Source: Longimicrobiales bacterium (GTDB lineage: Bacteria > Gemmatimonadota > Gemmatimonadetes > Longimicrobiales > Gaopeijiaceae). Taken from it: 64,000 nt of DNA. The DNA is taken from positions 3,936,001 to 4,000,000 of the forward strand of contig OZ241869.1 of assembly GCA_965202805.1 (NCBI GenBank). Direction: 5' to 3'. How positions within the stretch are numbered: position 1 is the first letter of the stretch; each line of letters starts with the position of its first letter. The notes beneath the pieces are model-generated. The model had not been told where the DNA came from. It made no database searches and saw nothing but the letters and a program-made list of their open reading frames with translations. Positions 36,239 through 46,174 of the stretch are shown here, piece after piece. A program made the translations under genes and the position numbers.

Positions 36239-36245
36239 GCGGCGC

Positions 36246-37205
36246 GTGCGAAGGCGAGCGGACGATGATGCCGGCGGGCCGGGCTATCACACGCCGGTGC
36301 TGGTGCGGGAAGTGCTCGCGCTTCTCGAGCCCGGGCGCGGCGGGCTGTTCGTGGACGGAACGGTGGGGGGCGGAGGCCACGCGCGCGCGCTGCTGGAGCG
36401 GGCTCCCGGGCTCCACCTGGTCGCGGTGGACCGCGATCCGGGCGCGCTCGCGCACGCCGAGCGGACGCTCGCGTCCTTCGGTGACCGGGTACGCTTCCTT
36501 CTCTCCGACTTCCGCAACGCCGCGCGCGCCCCTGAACTGGAGGAGGGCGCCGTGAGCGGGGTGCTGCTCGATCTGGGCGTGAGTTCACGCCAACTGGATC
36601 ACGACCGGCGCGGGTTCGCCTTCCGCCGCGGAGTGCCGCTGGACATGCGCATGGCCGGAGGCGCCGCGCGCGCCCCGAGCGCGGCCGACGTGCTCAACAC
36701 CAGCGACGAAGGGCGCCTGGCGCGCGTCTTCCGTGAGCTGGGCGAACACCGCGGCGCGCGCAGGCTCGCCCGCGAGATCGTCCGCCGCCGGAAGACACGG
36801 CCGTTCGCCGTAAGCGACGACCTGGTGGGTGCGCTGCGCGCCACGATGCGACGGTCGCCGGCACCCCGGGACAAGGCGCGCATCTTCCAGGCGCTGCGCA
36901 TGGAGGTGAACGACGAGCTGGGGGCGCTGCGGGAAGGCCTCGAAACCCTGCGCCGCACCCTGGCCGCGGGCGGGAGGATGGCGGTGATCTCCTATCACTC
37001 GATCGAGGATCGCGAAGTCAAGCACCGGTTCCGGGAGTGGAGCCTCGACTGCACCTGTCCCCCTGCGCTGCCCGTATGCGGCTGCTCCGGCCGGGCCGCG
37101 GGAGAGACGCTGGTACGCCGTCCGGTGCGTCCCGCCCCCGAGGAGACCGCGGCGAATCCGCGTGCCCGCAGTGCGCGCCTGCGCGCGTGGAGGAAGGCAT
37201 CGTGA
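36246..37205 (+). CDS. rsmH: 16S rRNA m4C1402 methyltransferase
   Basis: YHTPVL, VDGTVGGGGH, DLGVSS, FQALRMEVNDE, ISYHSIEDR, NPRARSARLR; start uncertain. Confidence 0.95.
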   Translation: MRRRADDDAGGPGYHTPVLVREVLALLEPGRGGLFVDGTVGGGGHARALLERAPGLHLVAVDRDPGALAHAERTLASFGDRVRFLLSDFRNAARAPELEEGAVSGVLLDLGVSSRQLDHDRRGFAFRRGVPLDMRMAGGAARAPSAADVLNTSDEGRLARVFRELGEHRGARRLAREIVRRRKTRPFAVSDDLVGALRATMRRSPAPRDKARIFQALRMEVNDELGALREGLETLRRTLAAGGRMAVISYHSIEDREVKHRFREWSLDCTCPPALPVCGCSGRAAGETLVRRPVRPAPEETAANPRARSARLRAWRKAS

Positions 37206-37486
37206 GAAGGATGAGCGACTCGAAGCGGGTGGCGATCGCGGTAGGGGCCCTGCTGGCCTCTCTCAGCGTGGTCACGTGGCGTCAGATGCGGGCCCTGGAG
37301 GTGCTGGAGGAACTGCACGACCTGGGTCAGGAGATCGAGGTCGTGTCGGCGGTCCGCAAGGATCTGCTCGGGGAGATCCAGTATCTGGAAAGCCGGGGCC
37401 GCGTGGTCCCGGAGGCCCGCGAGCGCCTGGGCATGCACAATCCGGCCGCCGATGAAATCGTCTACCTGTCGGGAGTGAACCCATGA
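37202..37486 (+). CDS. ftsL: Cell division protein FtsL
   Basis: Single TM plus coiled coil ending ARERLGM; lies between rsmH and ftsI. Confidence 0.8.
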   Translation: MRRMSDSKRVAIAVGALLASLSVVTWRQMRALEVLEELHDLGQEIEVVSAVRKDLLGEIQYLESRGRVVPEARERLGMHNPAADEIVYLSGVNP

Positions 37487-39456
37487 GGCTTCCGCGAAGA
37501 TTGCACTGGCCCCGCCGGCTGATCCTCATCACCTGGCTGGTATCGGCGGGAGCCGTCGTCGGGCGGGCGGCCATGCTGCAGGTGGAGAACGCCGAATGGC
37601 GGCAGCGGTCCGCCGAACAGCACCGGATGTCACGCCCGGTTCCTTCGATCCGCGGTTCCATCCTGGACCGGGACGGCGTGCTGCTGGCCCAGAGCCGCGA
37701 GGTGGTGGAAGTGGGTCTGGCGCCGCGCGAGCTCAGGCGTGACGAGAACGGCTTCGCGGCCGAGGCGGCGGCCGCGCTCCAGTCCGTCCTGGGCCTGTCG
37801 CCCTCCGAGGCACGGCGGCGCACGAGTTCCGATGACGCATGGGTCGTCATTCCGGGCCGCTATCCGACCACCGTGCGCGCCGGACTGGAGGACATCCGTG
37901 GCGTGTACGCGGGACGCGGGTACGAGCGCTTTCGGCCGCACGGAGACCTGGTGGCGGGCGTGCTGGGCACCATCCTGGAGGAGAGGGGCGCGGGGGGCAT
38001 AGAGGAGACCTACGACCAGGTCCTTACCGGCCGGCCCGGTGAGGAGATGACGCTTCGGGACGCGCGTGGCATCGAGCTCCCGGGTCGCGCATTCCCGGTG
38101 AAGCCGCCCGTGCCCGGCGGGAACGTTTCGCTCACCATCGACGTGGATCTGCAGGAAATCGCACGCGAGGAGCTCCAGGAGGCCATCGAGACGACGGGGT
38201 CCAAGGGCGGGGACATCCTGGTCACGGATCCGGCCAGCGGCGAGATCCTGGCGGTGGTCTCGATCCGGGACGGCGACGCGGCCGGTCTCGCGGCGATCAA
38301 CACCGCCAACGAACCCGGGTCGACGCTCAAGCCATTCACGGTCGCGGGGATTCTCTCCAACGAAGTGGGAACGCTGGCGGACCTCGTCGACATCGGCAAC
38401 GGCACCTGGCGTGTCGCCGGGCGCACCCTGCACGACGTGTATCCCAAGGCCAGCATACTGACGCTGGCGGACGCGCTGCGGGTATCGTCCAACGTGGGGG
38501 TCGCCAAGATGGCCGAACGGCTGTCCAGCCGCCAGCAGTACGAGATGCTGCGCGACTTCGGCTTCGGCATGCCCACCGGGCTGCCGATCCCCGGCGAAAC
38601 TTCGGGCATCCTGCGCAAGCCGGAGGACTGGTCCGGGCAGTCGCCCGCCTCCCTGGCCATCGGCTACGAAATCTCCGTGAGCCCGCTGCAGCTCGCGATG
38701 GCATATGGCGCGCTGGCCAACGGCGGCCGCCTGATGGCGCCCAGGCTGGTCCGGGAAGTACGAGCCGTGGACGGATCGCTGATCGAGCGGCCCGAACCGC
38801 GGCTGATTCGGCAGGTGATCGATGGCCGGGTGGCGCGCGACGTCAGCCGGGTGCTGGTCGAGGTTACGGAATCGGGCACCGGAACGCGTGCACGCCTGAC
38901 TTCCTTCGCGGTGGCCGGCAAGAGCGGCACCAGTCGCGCCTATCGTGCGGATGGCGGCTACGCCGATGGAGAGTACTTCGCCACCTTCGTCGGCTTCTTT
39001 CCGGCGGAGGATCCGCAACTGCTGGCGTATGTGAAGCTGAACGGCCCCGAGGGCGTCTACTACGGCGGGGCGGCGGCCGCTCCGGTCATCCGTGCCACCA
39101 TGGAGGCCATCCTGGCCGCCCAGCAGCCGCCCGTGGACCGGCGGGTGCTCGCCCACGCCGCGCGCCGCCCCGCTCCCCAGAACCCCGTGATCCGCTTCGC
39201 GGGCGCGGAGCCCCCGGGCTCCGGGGCCGAACCTGCACGCTGGGCGAGCGGGGAGGGGACCGAGGTTGTGGTGCCGGACGTCAGTGGCCTGTCGGCCCGC
39301 TCCGCCGTGCGCCGGCTGCACACCGCGGGCCTGCGCGTGGTCTGGGACGCGCCCGGGCCCGTGCTCGGCACATGGCCAACCGCGGGCACGTTGCTCATGC
39401 AGGGGGACACAGTGTCCATCGATGTCGGGAGAATCGAACGTGGACAGAGCCGATAG
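37483..39456 (+). CDS. ftsI: Penicillin-binding protein FtsI with PASTA domain
   Basis: EPGSTLK (SxxK), SSN, GKSGT, VVVPDVSGLS PASTA. Confidence 0.93.
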   Translation: MRLPRRLHWPRRLILITWLVSAGAVVGRAAMLQVENAEWRQRSAEQHRMSRPVPSIRGSILDRDGVLLAQSREVVEVGLAPRELRRDENGFAAEAAAALQSVLGLSPSEARRRTSSDDAWVVIPGRYPTTVRAGLEDIRGVYAGRGYERFRPHGDLVAGVLGTILEERGAGGIEETYDQVLTGRPGEEMTLRDARGIELPGRAFPVKPPVPGGNVSLTIDVDLQEIAREELQEAIETTGSKGGDILVTDPASGEILAVVSIRDGDAAGLAAINTANEPGSTLKPFTVAGILSNEVGTLADLVDIGNGTWRVAGRTLHDVYPKASILTLADALRVSSNVGVAKMAERLSSRQQYEMLRDFGFGMPTGLPIPGETSGILRKPEDWSGQSPASLAIGYEISVSPLQLAMAYGALANGGRLMAPRLVREVRAVDGSLIERPEPRLIRQVIDGRVARDVSRVLVEVTESGTGTRARLTSFAVAGKSGTSRAYRADGGYADGEYFATFVGFFPAEDPQLLAYVKLNGPEGVYYGGAAAAPVIRATMEAILAAQQPPVDRRVLAHAARRPAPQNPVIRFAGAEPPGSGAEPARWASGEGTEVVVPDVSGLSARSAVRRLHTAGLRVVWDAPGPVLGTWPTAGTLLMQGDTVSIDVGRIERGQSR

Positions 39457-40930
39457 CTTCCCGCTGGCGCGCGTCATGGAGCGGCTGGCGGCCGCCGGCG
39501 CGCTCGCTCCCGGGGCGGATGTCCCGGGAGAGGTCGGGCTGTGCGGGGTGAGCCACGATTCACGGCACGTCGGCGAGGGCGACCTCTTCGTGGCCTGGCG
39601 GGGCGCCGAGCACGACGGTCACGACTTCGTGGGCGAGGCGGCGGGGCGGGGGGCGGTGGCGGCGCTGGTGGAGACGCCCCTGCCCGACGTGCCCGTGCCG
39701 CAGGTGGTGGTGCTCGACGGCCGCCTCGCGGGCGCGCTCGCCGCCGACGAGTTCTTCGGCAATCCGTGCCGCGACCTCTTCGTCTACGCGGTCACCGGCA
39801 CCAACGGCAAGACCACGACCACGCTGCTGGCGCGTCACCTGCTGAGGGCCGGCGGGGCGTCCGCCGCGATCGGTACGCTGGGCCTCGTGGACGCCGGCGG
39901 GGACGTGCGCCCGCGCACGGCGGGTCTCACGACGCCGGGGCCGGTGCAACTCTCCGCGTGGATCCGGTCCCTCGCGGATGCGGGAGTTCGGCATGTCGGG
40001 CTGGAAGCATCCTCCCACGCCCTCGACCAGCGTCGTCTCGACGGAGTTCAACTCGACGCCGTCGCCTACACCAACCTGTCTCGCGACCATCTCGACTACC
40101 ACCCCGACATGGATGGCTACCGGGCCGCCAAGGCGCGCGCGGTCGAGCTGGTGGTTCCGGAGGGAACCGTGGTCGTGAACGCGGACGAGCCCGCCTGGGT
40201 TCGCCTTGAGAGCGGCTCGCGGACCCGGCTGTCCTACGGCGTGGACTCCGCTGCCGCGCTGACCGCCACCTCTCTCGAGCTCGGCCCCGCGGGCACGCGC
40301 TTCGAGCTGTCCCATGAGGGGAGCGCCCTGCCGGTGTCGATGCCCCTGCTGGGCCGCTTCAACGTGGAGAACGCCCTGGCGGCGGCGGGCATCGCGCTGG
40401 CCGCCGGCCGTCGCGTGGACGAGGTCGTCGACGGACTCGGGAGCGCGCCCGCGGTCCCGGGACGCATGGAGCTCGTCGCCAGCCACCCATGCCCGGTGGT
40501 CATCGACTACGCGCATACCCCCGACGCGCTGGCCTGCCTCCTGGATACTCTGCGGCACCTCACCGGCGGCCGGCTCATCGTCCTCTTCGGGGCGGGAGGA
40601 GACCGCGACGCCGCCAAGCGTCCCCTGATGGGCCGGGCGGTGGCCGAGAGGGCGGATCTGGCCGTCGTCACCTCGGACAACCCGCGCACCGAGGACCCGG
40701 AAGCGATCATCGACCAGGTGGTCGCGGGGATGGCCGGGGCCGAGTACGAACGGGATGCCGACCGCCGCGCCGCCATCGGGCGGGCGCTCGACCTGGCCGC
40801 GCCCGGGGACCTGGTGGTCCTCGCGGGGAAGGGGCACGAGACCTCCCAGTTCATCGGCGGCGAGGAGCTGCCCTTCGACGAGCGCCGGATCGTGCTCGCC
40901 CACCTCGCCGGCGGAGAGGAGGGCGCATGA
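39440..40930 (+). CDS. murE: UDP-MurNAc-L-Ala-D-Glu:meso-DAP ligase
   Basis: VTGTNGKTT, EASSH, DYAHTPD, GGDRD, DNPR (DAP specificity), AGKGHE. Confidence 0.96.
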   Translation: MDRADSFPLARVMERLAAAGALAPGADVPGEVGLCGVSHDSRHVGEGDLFVAWRGAEHDGHDFVGEAAGRGAVAALVETPLPDVPVPQVVVLDGRLAGALAADEFFGNPCRDLFVYAVTGTNGKTTTTLLARHLLRAGGASAAIGTLGLVDAGGDVRPRTAGLTTPGPVQLSAWIRSLADAGVRHVGLEASSHALDQRRLDGVQLDAVAYTNLSRDHLDYHPDMDGYRAAKARAVELVVPEGTVVVNADEPAWVRLESGSRTRLSYGVDSAAALTATSLELGPAGTRFELSHEGSALPVSMPLLGRFNVENALAAAGIALAAGRRVDEVVDGLGSAPAVPGRMELVASHPCPVVIDYAHTPDALACLLDTLRHLTGGRLIVLFGAGGDRDAAKRPLMGRAVAERADLAVVTSDNPRTEDPEAIIDQVVAGMAGAEYERDADRRAAIGRALDLAAPGDLVVLAGKGHETSQFIGGEELPFDERRIVLAHLAGGEEGA

Positions 40931-42336
40931 CCGCGTTTCGGTGGACCCACGAGCGCGTGCAGGCGGCGCTCTCCCTGCGGGATGTGCCGGCGCCGGCCGG
41001 AACCACGTTTGCGGGCATCTCCACCGATACGCGTGCCCTGGCCGGGGGCGAGCTCTTCGTGGCCATCGCGGGAGAGAACTTCGATGGACACGACTTCGTG
41101 GCCGATGCGGTTTCGGCGGGGGCGGCGGGGGTGGTGGTCTCGCGGGCGGTCACCGTCCGGGTACCGGTGCCGGTGTACCGTGTGCCGGACACCCTGGTCG
41201 CGCTGGGACACCTGGCCCGCTACCGCCGCCGCCGCCACGCGGCCCAGGTCGTCGCCATCACCGGATCCTCCGGAAAGACCACGACCAAGGAATTCCTGCG
41301 GGGAGCCCTCCAGCGCAGCTACCGGGTGCACGCCAATGCCGGCAACCTCAACAACCGGATCGGGCTTCCCCTGACGATTCTGGAAGCCCCGGATGCGGCG
41401 GAGGTGCTCGTGCTGGAGATGGGCACCAACGAGCCGGGCGAGATCGCGGCCCTCACCGCCATCGCGGAGCCCGACATCGCGGCGGTGACGACCGTCTCCG
41501 ACGCCCATCTGGAAAAGCTCGGCTCGCTGGAAGGGGTGTTTCGCGAGAAGCTGGCGCTGGTCGCCGGGTTGAACGGACGCGGTGCGGTGGTGGTGGGCGA
41601 CCAGCCGCCGGCTCTCCCCGAACGGGCTCGCGAGCTTCATCCCAACGTGCGGGTCGCCGGGTGGTCCGCCTCCGCCGACGCCAACCTGAGACCCCAGAAT
41701 CCGCATCCGGACGCCGAGGGGCGCTACTTCTTCGACTGGCGCAACCAGCGCGTCCACCTCCAGGTGCCGGGGCGGCACGCGGTCTACGACGGCCTCATCG
41801 CGCTGGCCGTCTCCGACCTCCTGCAGGCACCCCACGGCCTGGCCGTGCGCGGGCTCGAGCGATACAGGCCGCAGGGCATGCGGGGCGAACAGCTGCACGC
41901 GGGCGACCTCACCCTCCTGCTCGACTGCTACAACGCGAACCCGCAAAGCGTCCGCGCCGCCCTCGACCTGCTTGGGCTTATTCCCTCTCCGGGGCGCAGG
42001 GTCGCGGTACTGGGAAGCATGCTCGAGCTGGGCGAGCGGAGCGCGGCGCTGCACGACGAGCTCCTGAGCGAAGCCCTGTCCCGGGCGGTGGACGTGGTGC
42101 TGGCGCTGGGCGAGTTCGCCGCCGCCGCCGAACGTCTGCGCGTGGCGGGACGGCAGGGCAGGGAGACGGCGCTGATCGCCAGCACGGACGCCGCGGAGGG
42201 ATACGCGCTGCTTCGCGGGTACCTGCAGGGCAACGAGCTGATCCTCCTCAAGGGATCCCGCGGCGTTCGGCTGGAGCGTCTGGTCCCGCTCATCGAGGCC
42301 GACTTCGGCCCGGCGGCTCGAAACGGGGCGAGGTGA
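40927..42336 (+). CDS. murF: UDP-MurNAc-tripeptide:D-Ala-D-Ala ligase
   Basis: ITGSSGKTTTK, NNRIGLP, EMGTN, DCYNANP, LKGSRG. Confidence 0.96.
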   Translation: MTAFRWTHERVQAALSLRDVPAPAGTTFAGISTDTRALAGGELFVAIAGENFDGHDFVADAVSAGAAGVVVSRAVTVRVPVPVYRVPDTLVALGHLARYRRRRHAAQVVAITGSSGKTTTKEFLRGALQRSYRVHANAGNLNNRIGLPLTILEAPDAAEVLVLEMGTNEPGEIAALTAIAEPDIAAVTTVSDAHLEKLGSLEGVFREKLALVAGLNGRGAVVVGDQPPALPERARELHPNVRVAGWSASADANLRPQNPHPDAEGRYFFDWRNQRVHLQVPGRHAVYDGLIALAVSDLLQAPHGLAVRGLERYRPQGMRGEQLHAGDLTLLLDCYNANPQSVRAALDLLGLIPSPGRRVAVLGSMLELGERSAALHDELLSEALSRAVDVVLALGEFAAAAERLRVAGRQGRETALIASTDAAEGYALLRGYLQGNELILLKGSRGVRLERLVPLIEADFGPAARNGAR

Positions 42337-42339
42337 ACC

Positions 42340-43446
42340 ATGCTGTATCATCTCCTGCCCCGGTTCACCGATGTGCATATCGGCTTCAACCTGTTCACGT
42401 ACATCACCTTCCGCACCGCCGGGGCCGTGGTGACCGCGCTGGTGCTCACCTTCCTGCTCGGCCCGGCGATGATCCGCTGGCTCACCCGGTTGCGTTTCGG
42501 ACAGGTCGTGCGCGAGAACGGTCCGGAGACCCACCTGAAGAAGGCCGGCACGCCGACCATGGGCGGGACGCTGATCATCGCCGCCGCGACCGTCTCCACG
42601 CTGCTCTGGGCCGAGCTCACCAACGTGGCGATCGTCGTCGTCCTCGCGACCTTCCTCTGGACCGGGGCCATCGGCTTTCTCGACGACTACCTGAAGGTGG
42701 TCAAGAAGACGAGCGCGGGGCTGGCGGGGCGCTACAAGATGATCGGGCAGTGGGCCTTCGGGCTGGCGCTGGGGCTGTTCCTCCTGCTCTACCCGGTGTG
42801 GCCCGTCCCGGCGACCTGGACGGGCGTACCGTTCTTCGCCGAGGTGGTGGCGGTCTTCTTCCCGCCGGTCTACGTGCTGTTCGTGGCCACGGTGGTTTCC
42901 GGCACCTCGAACGCGGTGAACCTGACGGACGGGCTCGACGGCCTGGCCGCCGGGCTGTGCGGGATCGCGGCCGCCACCTTCGGCATCTTCGCCTACCTCA
43001 TCGGGCGCGTGGACACCTCCGCCTACCTGGGCGTGCTCTACCTGCCCGGGGTGGGGGAGCTGACGGTGTTCGCGGGCGCCCTGGCCGGGGCGGCGATCGG
43101 GTTCCTCTGGTTCAACGCGCACCCCGCGCAGGTGATCATGGGGGACACCGGTTCCCTGTCGCTGGGAGGCGCCATCGGCGTCATGGCCATCCTCCTCAAG
43201 TCCGAGTTCCTGCTGGTGATCGTAGGGGGGGTATTCGTAGCGGAGGCGCTCTCGGTCATCGGGCAGGTGGGGTACTTCAAGTTCACGGCACGGCGCTACG
43301 GCGAGGGGCGGCGGATCTTTCTCATGGCCCCCGTTCACCACCACTTCGAGAAGCTCGGATGGCCGGAAAGCAAGGTCGTCACGCGCTTCTGGATCGTCGG
43401 CGTGCTCTGCGCGATGCTCGCCCTGAGCACCCTCAAGATCCGATAG
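42340..43446 (+). CDS. mraY: Phospho-N-acetylmuramoyl-pentapeptide transferase
   Basis: GTPTMGG, GFLDDY, NAVNLTDGLDGL, MGDTGS, HHHFE. Confidence 0.97.
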   Translation: MLYHLLPRFTDVHIGFNLFTYITFRTAGAVVTALVLTFLLGPAMIRWLTRLRFGQVVRENGPETHLKKAGTPTMGGTLIIAAATVSTLLWAELTNVAIVVVLATFLWTGAIGFLDDYLKVVKKTSAGLAGRYKMIGQWAFGLALGLFLLLYPVWPVPATWTGVPFFAEVVAVFFPPVYVLFVATVVSGTSNAVNLTDGLDGLAAGLCGIAAATFGIFAYLIGRVDTSAYLGVLYLPGVGELTVFAGALAGAAIGFLWFNAHPAQVIMGDTGSLSLGGAIGVMAILLKSEFLLVIVGGVFVAEALSVIGQVGYFKFTARRYGEGRRIFLMAPVHHHFEKLGWPESKVVTRFWIVGVLCAMLALSTLKIR

Positions 43447-43468
43447 ATCGCGATGGATTTCAGGCAGA

Positions 43469-43495
43469 TTACGTATTTTACGCATTTTACGCATT
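43469..43495. repeat. 3 x 9-bp AT-rich tandem repeat TTACG(T/C)ATT
   Basis: TTACGTATT TTACGCATT TTACGCATT between mraY and murD. Confidence 0.85.
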
Positions 43496-43513
43496 CCGGT
43501 ACGGCGGAACCTC

Positions 43514-44908
43514 ATGGCGGCACTGAGCGGGCAGCGCATCGCGATCGTCGGCCTTGGAGCGAGCGGCCGGGCCGCCGCCCGGCTTGCGCTCCGGCACGGC
43601 GGGGAGGCGCATGTGTCGGACGATGCCGACACGCCCGCGTTGCGCGCGCACGCAGAGGAACTGGAGGCCATGGGCGCGTGCGTCCGGCTGGGCGGCCACG
43701 ATCCGGCGCGGATCGCGGCGTCCGAGGTGGTCGTGGCCAGCCCGGGCATCCCGCCACAGGCGCCGGTGCTTTCGTCCCTCGGCAAGGCGGGGGAGCACTG
43801 GATCTCCGAGCCGGAGTTCGCGTTTCGCTTCTTCCGCAGCCCGCTGATCGCCGTGACCGGCACCAACGGCAAGACCACCACCTCGGCGCTGGCGGCCCGG
43901 ATGCTCGAGGAGGCGGGCGTGTCGACGGGGCTGGGCGGCAACATCGGGGGAGGTCTGGGCCCCCCCGCCTGCGAGCTGGCGCTTCGAGATCCGCCCCCGG
44001 ACTGGCTGGTGGTTGAAATGAGTTCCTACCAGCTCGGCGCCATCTCCCGTCTTCGTCCGGACATCGGCGTGGTCACGAACCTCGCGCCCGACCACCTCGA
44101 CCGCTATCCCGACCGCGAAGCCTACTACGCCGACAAGGCGCGGCTCTTCGCCAATGCAGACCCGGGATGCCGGTGGGTGCTCGAGCACAATGTGTCCGGC
44201 GCCCTGCCGCTGGCCGGCGAGGTGCCGGGCGAGCGCTTTCTCTTCGACGCGGGCGGCGCGACGGGTCCCGATGCCGGCGCGCGGGAGCGGGTGCTCTCCG
44301 CGTACGCGTGCGAGGGATGGCTGATGCTCGCTCTCGACGGCAGCGAGGAGCCTGTGATTCGGGTCGTCGACCTGCCTCTCGCCGGTCGCGCCGGTCTCGC
44401 CAACACCATGGCCGCGGCACTCGTCGCACGCCTGGTCGGCGCCGGCAGGAGGGCCATCGCCGCGGCCGCGCGGACCTTCCGCCCGCTGCCCCACCGCCTG
44501 GAGCAGGTGGTCGAGCGCGACGGCGTCCTCTGGGTGAACGACTCGAAGGCGACCAACGTGGCCGCCGCCGGCGGCGCGGTCCGCAGCTTCAGCCGGCCGA
44601 TCGTGCTTCTGGCCGGCGGCCAGGACAAGGGAGAGGACCTCGCACCGCTCGCCGACGCCATCCGGGGCCGGGTCCGCTGCGTGGTCGCGTATGGCGATGC
44701 CCGCTTCCGCCTCGAGGAGGCCCTGGCGGGGGCCGCGTCCCTGGTTCGCGTCGACACCGACTTCGATGCGGCGGTCGATGAGGCCGCGCGACAGGCCCGG
44801 CCCGGCGACGTCATCCTGCTCTCTCCCGCCTGCGCGAGCTTCGACCTGTTCTCCGACTACGAGGCGCGAGGGCACCGGTTCGCCGCGCTCGCGCGAGGGG
44901 AGGTCTGA
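43514..44908 (+). CDS. murD: UDP-MurNAc-L-Ala:D-Glu ligase
   Basis: GLGASG, VTGTNGKTTT, EMSSYQL, NDSKATN, LLSPACASFD. Confidence 0.96.
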   Translation: MAALSGQRIAIVGLGASGRAAARLALRHGGEAHVSDDADTPALRAHAEELEAMGACVRLGGHDPARIAASEVVVASPGIPPQAPVLSSLGKAGEHWISEPEFAFRFFRSPLIAVTGTNGKTTTSALAARMLEEAGVSTGLGGNIGGGLGPPACELALRDPPPDWLVVEMSSYQLGAISRLRPDIGVVTNLAPDHLDRYPDREAYYADKARLFANADPGCRWVLEHNVSGALPLAGEVPGERFLFDAGGATGPDAGARERVLSAYACEGWLMLALDGSEEPVIRVVDLPLAGRAGLANTMAAALVARLVGAGRRAIAAAARTFRPLPHRLEQVVERDGVLWVNDSKATNVAAAGGAVRSFSRPIVLLAGGQDKGEDLAPLADAIRGRVRCVVAYGDARFRLEEALAGAASLVRVDTDFDAAVDEAARQARPGDVILLSPACASFDLFSDYEARGHRFAALARGEV

Positions 44909-46174
44909 ATGCCCGCCATGGCCACCTCCGCGTATCCGGCGCCCGCCTCGCCCGCGTATCCGGCGCCCGCCTCGCCCGCGTACCCCTCACCCACCTCGCC
45001 CGCGTACCCCGCGCCCGCCGTGCACGACGCCCGGCCGCTCGCGGCTGCCCGTCTCAGCGGCCGGTGGGAGGGCGCCGCGGTCATGACGCTGACGCTGCTT
45101 CTGCTCTCGTTCGGGCTGGTGACCCTCTACAGCGCAAGCTCCTTCCTGGCACAGCGGCAGGGACTTCCCGACTACCATTTCGTCGTCCGCCAGGCCATCG
45201 GTGCCGGCGCGGGGCTGGTCTTTCTTCTGATCTTCTCGCGGATTCCATACGACAAGTGGCAGTCGCTGGCGTGGCCCATGATGCTGGCAGCCTGGCTGCT
45301 GCTGGTCTTCATCATCCTCCCGGGCACCGAGTCCTTCGCGCCGGAGCGGAACGGGGCGCGCCGCTGGCTCCAGGTGGGCCCGGCGAGCTTCCAGCCGTCG
45401 GAGGCGGCCAAGCTGGCGACCCTGGTGTGGACGGCGGGTCTGGCGGTGAAGAAACAGGATCTGTTCCGGAGCCTCACGCGCGGACTCGGCCCCTTCCTCG
45501 TGATCTGGGCCGCCATGCTGGTGCCCGTCCTTCTCGAGCCGGACTTCTCCACGGCGGCTCTGATCGGAATGCTCGGCTGCATCATCGTCTTCGCCGCGGG
45601 CGCACGCCTGGCGCACTTCGCTTTCCTCGGCGTGCTCGCCGCGCCGGTCGTTCTGCACCAGTTCGCGACCGATTTTCGCGAGATGCGTCTCGGCGCCTTC
45701 CTCAACCCGGAAGCGCACACCTCCGGCGCCGGGTACCAGGTGCACCAGTCGCTGATCGCGATCGGCTCGGGGGGGATCGGCGGGGTGGGGTTCGGCGAGG
45801 GGCAGCAGAAGTTCGGATTCCTTCCGGAGGCGCACAACGACTTCATCTTCGCCCTGATCGGGGAGGAATGGGGACTGATCGGGGTCGCTCTCCTGGTCTG
45901 CGCCTACGTCGCCCTGATCGTGATCGGCTTCCGCATCGCCCGCCGCGCGGCCGATCTGTTCGGGGAGCTGCTGGCGGTCGGCTGCACCAGCCTCATCGCC
46001 CTGCACGCGTTCCTCCACATGGGCGTCAACCTGAGCCTGCTGCCGGCGACCGGACTCCCGCTTCCCCTGATTTCGGACGGACGCTCCAACCTGGTGGTCA
46101 CCCTGGCCGCGATCGGCATCCTGCTGTCCGTGGCCCGGGGCATCCCCCACAATCCGAGGCCGGGTCATGGTTAG
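44909..46174 (+). CDS. ftsW: Peptidoglycan glycosyltransferase FtsW
   Basis: NGARRW, FQPSEAAK, GYQVHQS, EAHNDFIF, GEEWG; N-terminal Pro-rich repeat. Confidence 0.95.
   Translation: MPAMATSAYPAPASPAYPAPASPAYPSPTSPAYPAPAVHDARPLAAARLSGRWEGAAVMTLTLLLLSFGLVTLYSASSFLAQRQGLPDYHFVVRQAIGAGAGLVFLLIFSRIPYDKWQSLAWPMMLAAWLLLVFIILPGTESFAPERNGARRWLQVGPASFQPSEAAKLATLVWTAGLAVKKQDLFRSLTRGLGPFLVIWAAMLVPVLLEPDFSTAALIGMLGCIIVFAAGARLAHFAFLGVLAAPVVLHQFATDFREMRLGAFLNPEAHTSGAGYQVHQSLIAIGSGGIGGVGFGEGQQKFGFLPEAHNDFIFALIGEEWGLIGVALLVCAYVALIVIGFRIARRAADLFGELLAVGCTSLIALHAFLHMGVNLSLLPATGLPLPLISDGRSNLVVTLAAIGILLSVARGIPHNPRPGHG
44928..45019 (+). repeat. ~3.8 x 24-bp tandem repeat at the ftsW 5' end (AYPAPASP)
   Basis: CCGCGTATCCGGCGCCCGCCTCGC units, two identical and two degenerate. 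Confidence 0.9.

Noticed and set aside
36235..36300. Possible frameshift at the rsmH start (ATG overlapping the mraZ stop is out of frame)
   Set aside because: An in-frame GTG at 36246 gives a complete RsmH, so no frameshift is needed.
40507..43944. 1145-aa minus-strand ORF
   Set aside because: Antisense to murE/murF/mraY/murD; no recognisable domain.
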